Shown here: in pieces, positions 55,871 to 64,000 of the stretch
Layout: every line of letters begins with the position of its first letter
How positions within the stretch are numbered: the stretch's first letter is position 1
Assembly: GCA_050115495.1 (NCBI GenBank)
Contig: JASFQK010000020.1
Coordinates: 32,001 to 96,000 of the forward strand
DNA from: Phycisphaerae bacterium
GTDB taxonomy: Bacteria; Planctomycetota; Phycisphaerae; UBA1845; Fen-1342
Direction: 5' to 3'
DNA length: 64,000 bases
Made by a program: the position numbers and the translations under genes
Notes under the pieces: model-generated
The model's input: the letters and a program-made list of their open reading frames with translations, nothing else
The model's database searches: none
What the model was told of the DNA's origin: nothing

Positions 55871-57688
55871 GTGTGTAGCCTGCTTCGCACAAGGCGGGGT
55901 CCTGGGAAAGCTGAGCGTTTCGGCCCACGCCGCACGCCGGGCCAGCGTTGGCTGACCTCGTGGCCGGACGGCGTGCTGCTCGTTCTGGCCGGCTTGTGTC
56001 TATACCTGCCCGGTCTGTTCTCCATCCCCCCCATCGACCGGGACGAGCCGCGCTTCGCCGACGCTTCGCGGCACATGCTCGAATCGGACGACTGGCACGC
56101 CTATGTCGTGCCGCAGTACCGCGAGCGGCCACGCCTTAACAAACCGCCGCTCGTCTACTGGTTGCAGGTGGCGGCGCTGTCACTGACGGGCGGAGGCCAG
56201 GCGGCACCAGCCGGCGACACCAGCTCCGCGCCCCTGCTCCTCACCGACGACATCTGGATCTACCGCCTGCCCTCGGTGCTGGCGGCGATCGCGGCGATGC
56301 TGCTGACGTGGCGGCTGGGACGGGACCTGTTCGGCGGCTCCGTCGGGTTGCTGGCGGCGCTGCTGCTCGGGGCGAGCGCTGTCGTGATGTTCGACGCCCG
56401 GCAGGCTCGCGCCGACCAAGTGCTGCTCGCCCTGACCACGCTGGCGCAACTGGCGATGTGGCACGTGTGGCGGCGGTCCACGGCGGGCCGGCCAACCGCG
56501 TACTGGACCATCGTCTTCTGGATCGCCGTCGGTCTCGGCACGCTGACCAAGGGACCGGTCACACCCGGCGTCGTTGGGGCGACGCTGCTGGCGCTGTGCG
56601 TGGGCACCGGCCGGTGGCGGTGGCTGGGCCGGCTGCGACCGCTCGTGGGCATCGCGGCGGTGCTCCTCGTCGCCGGCGCCTGGCTCGGGTTGGTCGCACA
56701 GCAGGTCGGCTGGGCAACGTGTTGGCGGACGTTCCTGGCTGAGGTGCCCGGGCGGGCGGTGATGTCGCGCGAGGGGCACGGCGGCTGGCCCGGCTACTAC
56801 CTCGTGCTGCTGCCCGTGCTGTTCTGGCCGGGTTCGCTGGCGCTGGTGCCGGCGCTCGGACGAGCCGTACGTCGCGGCCTGCGGCGATCGCCGGCGGGTG
56901 ACGCCAGTCGGACCGTCCGGCGGCGACGCTGGCAGCCGGGCCGGCCGGCGGAGTTCTTCTGCCTCGCCTGGCTCGTGCCGAGCTGGGTAGTGTTCGAGCT
57001 TCTGCGCACGAAGCTGCCGCACTACACGATGCCGCTGTATCCAGCTCTCGCTCTGCTGTGTGCGCGAGCTTTGTTCGCCGGTGGCGGCCTCTGGCGGCCG
57101 ATGTTGCAGAATGTCGCCGGTCGCGTGGCGCTGTGGGGCTGGTTGCTGCTGGGTGAGCTGATGGCGTTGGGGCTACCGCTGGGGCTGATCGCGTTCGGCG
57201 ACTGGCGGCCGGAGCCGGCGCTGGTGGCCGCCGTCGTCGCGGCCCTCGTGGTTGTCCAACTCCTGTTGGTACTGCTGTTCGGGCTGCTCCGCCGGCGGAG
57301 ATTCCTGCATGCGCAGGTTGTCGGGCTGGCGGTGGCCGTGGTGAGCTTCGCCGTGGTGGCGCAAGGGTTGCTACCGCACCTACATGCGCTGTGGCTCGGG
57401 TCACGCGTCGCCGCCCGGCTCGCCCAGATCGACCCATCGAGCTCACGGCCGCTGGCGATCGTCGGGGACGCCGAGGACAGCCTGGTGTTTCTCGCGGGCC
57501 GGCCTGTGCAAGAACTGAGCCCCGCGGAAGCGCAGGATTGGCTCGTGGGCACGCCGCACGGTCTGTTGATCGTGGATGGCGTGAGCACGCAGCTACCGCC
57601 ACTGACGGCGCCGTTGGCGGCGGTCGAGGGCTTCAACTACTCCAACGGCGCGTGGCAGCGCCTAACGATCGTGCAACTCGCCCCCTGA
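55871..57688 (+). CDS. ArnT-like (GT83) lipid glycosyltransferase
   Basis: IDRDEPRFA, RLNKPPLVYW, YRLPS, LTKGP, TKLPHYTMP, GFNYSNG. Confidence 0.9.
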   Translation: MCSLLRTRRGPGKAERFGPRRTPGQRWLTSWPDGVLLVLAGLCLYLPGLFSIPPIDRDEPRFADASRHMLESDDWHAYVVPQYRERPRLNKPPLVYWLQVAALSLTGGGQAAPAGDTSSAPLLLTDDIWIYRLPSVLAAIAAMLLTWRLGRDLFGGSVGLLAALLLGASAVVMFDARQARADQVLLALTTLAQLAMWHVWRRSTAGRPTAYWTIVFWIAVGLGTLTKGPVTPGVVGATLLALCVGTGRWRWLGRLRPLVGIAAVLLVAGAWLGLVAQQVGWATCWRTFLAEVPGRAVMSREGHGGWPGYYLVLLPVLFWPGSLALVPALGRAVRRGLRRSPAGDASRTVRRRRWQPGRPAEFFCLAWLVPSWVVFELLRTKLPHYTMPLYPALALLCARALFAGGGLWRPMLQNVAGRVALWGWLLLGELMALGLPLGLIAFGDWRPEPALVAAVVAALVVVQLLLVLLFGLLRRRRFLHAQVVGLAVAVVSFAVVAQGLLPHLHALWLGSRVAARLAQIDPSSSRPLAIVGDAEDSLVFLAGRPVQELSPAEAQDWLVGTPHGLLIVDGVSTQLPPLTAPLAAVEGFNYSNGAWQRLTIVQLAP

Positions 57689-57718
57689 GCCCCCCTGCTG
57701 CGCGTGCGTTCAGCTCGG

Positions 57719-58447
57719 CTAGGCCTGTTCCGGCCCGGCTGCTGGCGGCGCAGAAGATCGCCGGCTCAGCAGCGGGCGCTCCAGTCGCGTGAAACACGTC
57801 GGCCCGAGTAACCACACCCCAAGGTAGATCCAGAGCAGGGCCAGTCCGACGCCGGCGATCACGTCCGAGGGGAAGTGCCGCCCCAGCACCAGCCGACTAA
57901 GACAGGTGAGCGCCGCCAGCGGGGCCGCGACCCACCACGTCCGCGGGATGTAGAGCGCCAGCAGACCGGCGAGCAGCACGGCCTGCGCCGAATGGCCGGA
58001 AGGGAACGAGTCAAAACCCAGCCGCGGGTCACCCAGCGGGCACAAGCACAGCGGCCCGGCGTCGAGGTCTGGCCGGGCCCGACCGATGAGGAACTTCAGC
58101 AGGTGGAGCGAGGCGACACAGCCGAAAACGGTCACGCCGAAGCCGACCAGCCGCCGCCGCCAACCCGGTTGCGACACCAGGATCACGCCCAGGACAATGA
58201 AGCTCCACCAGCGGAAGGGCTTCTCCGAGAGCTTCAGCAGCCGGCGGAACACCGTCCCCGGTTGGACAGCCTCCGGCAGCCACAGACTGAGCGCACCGTC
58301 GAGCGACAGGGCAACCGTCAGCGCCAGCAGCCAGGCAACAGCCACCATCTCCACTCGGCTGTCCGCGGTGGCGGAAAGCCGCTGGCCGGTTTGCCAGGCC
58401 GGCCCGTCCAGCCGGCGTGTTTGCGCTGCGTCGAAGCCGCTCAACAT
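57719..58447 (-). CDS. PAP2 family membrane phosphatase
   Basis: KFLIGRARP, SFPSGH, SRLVLGRHFPSDV. Start uncertain. Confidence 0.9.
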   Translation of the reverse strand: MLSGFDAAQTRRLDGPAWQTGQRLSATADSRVEMVAVAWLLALTVALSLDGALSLWLPEAVQPGTVFRRLLKLSEKPFRWWSFIVLGVILVSQPGWRRRLVGFGVTVFGCVASLHLLKFLIGRARPDLDAGPLCLCPLGDPRLGFDSFPSGHSAQAVLLAGLLALYIPRTWWVAAPLAALTCLSRLVLGRHFPSDVIAGVGLALLWIYLGVWLLGPTCFTRLERPLLSRRSSAPPAAGPEQA

Positions 58448-58611
58448 GGGCTCCTCGTCGGCGGGTACCTGTTACCCGGCCGACAACGTACGCCGTGTCT
58501 GTGAGGTTGCTCTCAGCGTTGCGTAAACGATGGGCGAATTCCCGCCCCCAGCGGCTGCGACGCCCGGGCGTGCTGGAGTGGCCTGCGCGACCAGCGTAAG
58601 ATGCGCACGCC

Positions 58612-60723
58612 ATGCGGATCAGGTCGAAGCTGCTCCTTCTGATGCTGTCCATCTCGCTGATTCCACTGGCCATTGCGGCCTGGATCGGTGCCGGCGCCGC
58701 CCATGCGCTGGGCGAAGAGCTGGCCGCCAGCACACGCGAAACAGCCAATCAGGCGGCCGAACGATTCCTGCTCCAGACCGTCCGCGACCACAGCCGCCTG
58801 CTCAAGGCTCAGACCGACCTGCTACGGCAGAGTGTCGGCGTGCTCGCCCGGGCTGCCGAACGGCGCCTCAATGAGCCAATGCCGCCGGCGACGCAGCCCG
58901 CCCCAGTCAGCTCCACCACCGACCCCGCCGCCCGGCAAGCGTTCATCTTCGCCGCCGGCGTAGACGAAGCTGACGTCGCCCGGGACGTTGCGCGGCTGGC
59001 GCTGCTGGAGACGACCTTCGAGCTTATCTGGGAGTCGCATCCCTCTGGCGTGTTCCGGCTGCACGTGTCGCTCGAAAGCGGCGCGAGCACGTTCTTCCCG
59101 GGCGATGCCAGCGCGCCGGCCGACGACGACCTGCGGCAGGGTCGCTGGTACCGGAACACGCGACAGGGCGACGTGCTCACCTGGACTACGCCCATGCTGG
59201 ATGCCGCCACGCAGCAGTCCATCTGCACGTTGTCGATGCCGCTGCGTGGACCCGACGGCCAGTTCGCCGGCGTCGCCGCGGCGGACATCTTCATCCGCGA
59301 CATCATGCGTGAAGCGGCTTTGCCGGCCGAGTGGGCCCACGCCGCCGACACGCTGGTCGTGGCCTACGATGAGCAGCTACTGCCGCCCGATTGCCTGTAT
59401 GTTGTGGCGCGGGACCGGCATGGCGAATCGAGCGATACCGACCCGGTGGCGGAGCCTGCGCTGCTCGCGCCCGCCGGGGCCGACCTGCCCGAGACGGTCA
59501 CGATCCAGGGGATCGGGCACCCGGTGACCGTCTATCCCGTGGACGGCGATATGCTGCGCCTCATACTGACGGACCTTCGCGGACGGCGGCCCGCGGTGCG
59601 CCAGACGCCCTTCGAAGACCGGGCGTCGATCTGGGCCTACGCGCCGATGCCCGAGGTCAACGCCGCCCTGCTGGTGATCGTTCCGTCCGCGCACATCCTC
59701 GAACCGGCCAATCTGGCCGAGATGACCACGCGGGCCCGCCTGCGCGTGCAACAAGTGCTGGTCATCGTGCTGGCGACGAGTGTCGTGGCGAGCATCGTGT
59801 TCCTTTCACTGATCGCCTCGCGCCATATCACCCGCCGGATCAGCGACTTGGCGAGCGCGACCCATCGCATCGCCGCCGGCGACCTGGACACGCCCACGGT
59901 GGTGAGCGGTCACGACGAACTCGGCGAACTCGCCGCCACCGTCAACGACATGCTGCCGCAGCTTCGGGAGCGCATGCGCATCAAGCAATCGCTCGCCGTG
60001 GCGATGGAGGTGCAGCAAAGCCTGCTGCCTCAGGAACCGCCGCGGATCGAGGGGCTCGATATCGCCGGCAAGAGCATCTATTGCGACGAGACCGGCGGCG
60101 ATTACTACGACTTCGTGGATTTGTCCCGTGTCTGCCCGCACACGCTGGGCGTGGCGGTCGGCGACGTGACCGGGCACGGCATCGCCGCGGCGTTGCTGAT
60201 GGCGACGGCCCGGGCCTTTCTCCGCGGACACCTTGACGAGCCGTGCAGCCTCGGCGAGTTGCTGACGCACATCAACCGGCACTTCTGCGAGGACGCGCCG
60301 GACGGCAAATTCATGACGTTGCGTTACCTGCTTCTTGACGCCGAGAAGCGTAACGTGCGCTGGACCGGCGCCGGGCACGATCCCGCCATGGTCTACTCCC
60401 CTCGCATCGACACGTTTTGCGAACTGGGCGGCGGCGGCATTCCGCTGGGGATCGAGTCCGACTGGCAATACAAGGACTTTGGGCCGCAGCCGCTCGAAGT
60501 CGGCGAGGTCATCGTCGTCGGGACCGACGGTATCTGGGAGGCCCGCGGGCCCGACAACGAGATGTTCGGCAAGGACCGCCTGCACGACGTGCTGCGTGAA
60601 TGTCACACCGCGAGCGCCGCCAACATCAGCCGAGCCATCACCGAAACAACGGCCCGCTTCCGCGGCCGGCGGGCGCAGCTCGACGACATCACGCTCGTGG
60701 TGATCAAGGTCGTGCCGCGCTGA
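58612..60723 (+). CDS. Membrane SpoIIE/RsbU-type PP2C phosphatase with Cache-like and HAMP domains
   Basis: 2 TM, WY..WTTPMLDA Cache pattern, HAMP (DELGELA), TGGDYYD, GDVTGHG, GTDGIWE, DDITL. Confidence 0.92.
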   Translation: MRIRSKLLLLMLSISLIPLAIAAWIGAGAAHALGEELAASTRETANQAAERFLLQTVRDHSRLLKAQTDLLRQSVGVLARAAERRLNEPMPPATQPAPVSSTTDPAARQAFIFAAGVDEADVARDVARLALLETTFELIWESHPSGVFRLHVSLESGASTFFPGDASAPADDDLRQGRWYRNTRQGDVLTWTTPMLDAATQQSICTLSMPLRGPDGQFAGVAAADIFIRDIMREAALPAEWAHAADTLVVAYDEQLLPPDCLYVVARDRHGESSDTDPVAEPALLAPAGADLPETVTIQGIGHPVTVYPVDGDMLRLILTDLRGRRPAVRQTPFEDRASIWAYAPMPEVNAALLVIVPSAHILEPANLAEMTTRARLRVQQVLVIVLATSVVASIVFLSLIASRHITRRISDLASATHRIAAGDLDTPTVVSGHDELGELAATVNDMLPQLRERMRIKQSLAVAMEVQQSLLPQEPPRIEGLDIAGKSIYCDETGGDYYDFVDLSRVCPHTLGVAVGDVTGHGIAAALLMATARAFLRGHLDEPCSLGELLTHINRHFCEDAPDGKFMTLRYLLLDAEKRNVRWTGAGHDPAMVYSPRIDTFCELGGGGIPLGIESDWQYKDFGPQPLEVGEVIVVGTDGIWEARGPDNEMFGKDRLHDVLRECHTASAANISRAITETTARFRGRRAQLDDITLVVIKVVPR

Positions 60724-60967
60724 CGGGTGGGGCGCCTAAGAGAACTGCTTTCAGGATCTATATTATAGGACTATGGTGACCTGAAGCCTCGAAACGCGGT
60801 CCTTTTTTACCGTTGATATCCTTTTATGGGGCGGTCCAGCTTGGTATGCTGCTGATGAGGAGGTCACCTTGACTTCACCGGCCGTGGACTTGTTCCGCGG
60901 CCGGTACCTTTATGGGTGGGGAAACACCACAGCTATCGCGACGAACGAACGGCGAGTAAAACCCGCC

Positions 60968-61351
60968 CTACGCGGGCGGGACGTAGCCTTGTTTGGTGAG
61001 TTCGCCGAGGATGTTCGGCGGCGAAAAGCCGGGGCCCTTCAGGATCTTTCCGCCCGCGTCCATGCCGCCGTTCTTGGACATGTTGCTGCGCTGCACCTCG
61101 GCGAAGACGGGTTCGAGGTCGACGCCCATTTCCACCGCTGTGCCGTACGTCACCACCAGAATGTCCGCGAGGGCGTCCACCATCTCCACGATGTCGCCCT
61201 TGTCGGCGTGCTCGACGAACTCGGCGGCCTCGCCGACGATCAGCCGTGCCCGGCGCAGGCAGTCCTTGGGCGAGATCAGCGTCGGGACGGTGCGGCTGGG
61301 GGCGTCGTATTTCTCGTGGAACGCCTTGACCATCTTCTGTTCGGGGCTCAT
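60968..61351 (-). CDS. MazG-like / PRA-PH family nucleotide pyrophosphohydrolase
   Basis: VKAFHEK, GEAAEF, DALADILVVTYG, EVQRSNMSK, GKILKG; GGAGG SD. Confidence 0.88.
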   Translation of the reverse strand: MSPEQKMVKAFHEKYDAPSRTVPTLISPKDCLRRARLIVGEAAEFVEHADKGDIVEMVDALADILVVTYGTAVEMGVDLEPVFAEVQRSNMSKNGGMDAGGKILKGPGFSPPNILGELTKQGYVPPA

Positions 61352-61488
61352 CGGGGCTTCCTCCGGGTCCGGCGGGCAGCGTACGGCAATCCGCCGCCGG
61401 TGGCCAGCACACCGCCCAATGCGGTACACTGACCAGCCCGGAAACACGGCGGCGGTGCACACCCTCGAGACGAACCGGTCGGAGGCAG

Positions 61489-63033
61489 ATGAGCGAGCCG
61501 GCGGGCAATACACCTCTGGTCCGCATGACGGGCATCAGCAAGCGCTTCGGGCGCGTGCCGGTGCTGTTTGGCGTCGACTTCGAGATTCGAGCCGGCGAAG
61601 TGCATGCCCTCGCCGGCGAGAACGGCGCCGGCAAGAGCACGCTCATCAAGATCCTCGCCGGGGTGCATACCGACCATGAAGGTACCATCGAGCTTTCCGG
61701 CCGGCGGGTGCGGCTCTCGTCACCGCTCGACGCCGCCGACCGCGGCATCAGCGTGATCCACCAGGAGCTGTCGCTGGTGCCGACGATGAGCGTGGCGGAC
61801 AACATCTTCCTGGGCCGCTGGCCGACGCGGGCCGGCCTGGTGCGGGACGGCACACAACACGCCGCCGCCCGCCGACTGTTGCAGCAGTTCGGGATCGACG
61901 TAGATGTTCGGCGACTGGCGGGGGATCTGCCGATCGCCATGCAGCAGCTCATCGAGATCGCCAAGGCCCTCGGTCAGGACGCCCGGGTCATCGTCATGGA
62001 CGAGCCGACCAGCGCGCTTAACGCGCCGGAGGTCGAGCGCCTCTTCGGGCTGATCGACGATCTGCGGGCCCGTGGCTGCGGCATCGTCTACATCACGCAC
62101 AAGATGGAAGAGATCGAGCGCATCGCCGACCGCATCACCGTGCTCCGCGACGGAGCGCTGATCGGCTCGGCCCCGGCGGCCGAACTGCCGCCGGCGAAGC
62201 TCATCCACTGGATGGTCGGGCGGGACATCGACGCGCAGTTTCCGCGGCACGCCCCGCGCCTCGGAACCGAGCGGCTGCGCATCGCCGACTTCACCGTACC
62301 TGGTAGCGAACGGGCGGCCCGGCCGGCGGTGGAGGATGTGTCGCTGGCCGTGCACGCGGGCGAGATTCTGGGCATCGCCGGCTTGCAGGGCTCGGGCAAC
62401 AGCGAATTGCTGCTCGGGCTGTTCGGGGCACGCGGCCGGCGGGTTCGCGGGCAGGTCTGGCTCGACGGCCGGCCGGTGCGGCTGCGCAACCCGCGACAGG
62501 CCATCGAGCGCGGCGTGGCCCTGCTGACGAGTGACCGGAAGACGACCGGCCTCGTGCTGTCACTGTCGGTCGTGGCGAATGCGACGCTGGCCGACCTGCG
62601 GCGGCTGTCGCTCTGCGGCTGGCGACGGCCGGGACGCGAACGCCGGGCCACGCGCACGCTGGCCGACGCCCTGCAACTGCGAGCGGCGTCGCTGGACATG
62701 GAGGTGAGCGAACTCTCCGGCGGCAACCAGCAGAAGGTCGCCCTGGCCAAGTGGCTCCAGACCGAGCCGCGCCTGCTGCTGCTGGACGAGCCCACGCGCG
62801 GCGTCGACGTAGGCGCCAAGCGCGAAATCTACGAGCTGATGAACGAGTGGACAGCGCGCGGCATAGCCATCATGCTGATTACTTCGGAGATGCCCGAGCT
62901 GCTGGCCCTCAGCGACCGGATCGTGGTCCTGCATCGCGGCCGCGTCACCGCGGAACTCACGCGCGAGCAGGCCACCGCCGACCTGGTCCTGGCGGCGGCG
63001 ATGGGCAAAGTGCAGGAGGGTGCCGCGACGTGA
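61489..63033 (+). CDS. Monosaccharide ABC transporter ATP-binding protein (RbsA/MglA-like)
   Basis: GENGAGKSTL, MDEPTSAL, LSGGNQQK, DEPTRGVDVGAK. Confidence 0.95.
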   Translation: MSEPAGNTPLVRMTGISKRFGRVPVLFGVDFEIRAGEVHALAGENGAGKSTLIKILAGVHTDHEGTIELSGRRVRLSSPLDAADRGISVIHQELSLVPTMSVADNIFLGRWPTRAGLVRDGTQHAAARRLLQQFGIDVDVRRLAGDLPIAMQQLIEIAKALGQDARVIVMDEPTSALNAPEVERLFGLIDDLRARGCGIVYITHKMEEIERIADRITVLRDGALIGSAPAAELPPAKLIHWMVGRDIDAQFPRHAPRLGTERLRIADFTVPGSERAARPAVEDVSLAVHAGEILGIAGLQGSGNSELLLGLFGARGRRVRGQVWLDGRPVRLRNPRQAIERGVALLTSDRKTTGLVLSLSVVANATLADLRRLSLCGWRRPGRERRATRTLADALQLRAASLDMEVSELSGGNQQKVALAKWLQTEPRLLLLDEPTRGVDVGAKREIYELMNEWTARGIAIMLITSEMPELLALSDRIVVLHRGRVTAELTREQATADLVLAAAMGKVQEGAAT

Positions 63034-64000
63034 GCCGACCACCGCGACAGATTGAAGGAGACCGCCGCGCCGGTCACCCCGTGCTGCGTGTGCTGGCCAG
63101 TCCGGCGGGGCGGGCACTGCTGGCCCTGCTGCTCGTGGTGGCACTGGGGATCGTGTTCAACGCGGACGGGGCCTTCTTCAAGGTGGGCACGCACCGCGAC
63201 GCGCTGCGGCAGGCGTCGGTCTTCGGCATCCTGGCCTGCGGCATGACGCTGGTGATCATCACCGGCGGCATCGACCTGTCCGTGGGCAGCGTGCTGGCCC
63301 TGGTGGCGGTGGCGTTTTCGTTGATGAGCATTCACTGGGGGTGGAGCCCGTGGCTGGCGGTGCCGTTGAGTCTGCTGCTGGGGGCGGCGGCAGGCGGCGT
63401 GTCAGGCACACTGGCAGCCGTGTTCCGCATCCAACCGTTCATTGCAACGCTGGCGATGATGGTCTTCGCCCGCGGTCTGGCCAAGACGATCAGCGGCGGG
63501 ATGAAGGTCTCGACCGCCGTGCAGAACGCCGACGGCAGCTACGAATACGTCGACGTACCGACGATCTTTGAGGCGATCGACTCGCGCATCCTCGGCGGCA
63601 ACGTTTCGGTGGTGACGGCCATCTTCGTCGTCTGCGCCGTCGTCGCCTGGGTCGCCCTGGCCCGGCATCGCTGGGGACGACAACTCTACGCCATCGGCGG
63701 GAACGAGGAAGCGGCCCGGTTGTCCGGCGTGCCCGTGCGATGGGCGAAGATCCTGGCCTACGCGGCGGCGGGGCTGATGTCCGCGGTGGCCGGCATCTGC
63801 CAGGCCGCCCAGGAGCAACAGGGCGACCCCGAGGCCGGCACGGCCTACGAGCTCAGCGCCATCGCCATCGTTGTCATCGGCGGCACGAACCTGATGGGCG
63901 GCCGCGGCGGCATCGGCCTGACGCTCATCGGCATGCTGACCATCGGCTATCTGGAGAAGATCCTCAGCATCAACGCGGTCCCCGAGGCGAATCGCCTGAT
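63030..64000 (+). CDS. Monosaccharide ABC transporter permease (RbsC-like), runs off the window edge
   Basis: Manual translation from the GTGA overlap: GMTLVIITGGIDLSVGS, IQPFIATL, YAIGGNEEAARLSG, YELSAIAIVVIGG. Confidence 0.93.
   Translation, partial: MSRPPRQIEGDRRAGHPVLRVLASPAGRALLALLLVVALGIVFNADGAFFKVGTHRDALRQASVFGILACGMTLVIITGGIDLSVGSVLALVAVAFSLMSIHWGWSPWLAVPLSLLLGAAAGGVSGTLAAVFRIQPFIATLAMMVFARGLAKTISGGMKVSTAVQNADGSYEYVDVPTIFEAIDSRILGGNVSVVTAIFVVCAVVAWVALARHRWGRQLYAIGGNEEAARLSGVPVRWAKILAYAAAGLMSAVAGICQAAQEQQGDPEAGTAYELSAIAIVVIGGTNLMGGRGGIGLTLIGMLTIGYLEKILSINAVPEANRL

Noticed and set aside
60775..60868. Hammerhead ribozyme (GAAAC 60791, GTC 60799, CTGATGA 60852)
   Set aside because: The core words are present, but stem I cannot form and the stem II pairing consumes the conserved GA. 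Kept only as a generic structured-RNA candidate.

Overview
High-GC bacterial chromosomal window, most likely Planctomycetota/Phycisphaerae (inferred from a GDxNxDGxVDNFDI dockerin-like tail, two PEP-CTERM proteins, split coaB/coaC and an AAAGGGGAC-type palindromic repeat). Housekeeping genes: nadE (5' part), uvrA, dnaE, coaB/coaC, rpoZ, gmk, murG. Accessory content: a corrinoid methyltransferase module, a sugar locus (lyxose isomerase, GH63-like, GH65, HAD, DASS carrier), an ArsR-led arsenic/metal/thiol-redox cluster, a decayed IS1380 fragment, two chemoreceptors, several secreted proteins, ArnT/PAP2, a PP2C phosphatase and the start of a sugar ABC operon. I saw no rRNA, tRNA or CRISPR array. 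Best leads: (1) a perfect 21-bp inverted repeat (14236-14256/14486-14506) enclosing a candidate promoter, SD and ATG between the corrinoid operon and a truncated methyltransferase, which may be an invertible switch; (2) a perfect 26-bp palindrome beside a sigma70 promoter driving an uncharacterised HTH-like protein plus a PEP-CTERM gene; (3) a chemoreceptor with tandem CZB domains between its two TM helices; (4) a structured AT-rich intergenic segment at about 60740-60940; (5) repeated leaderless gene starts. All family calls come from reading motifs by eye; no database searches were run.
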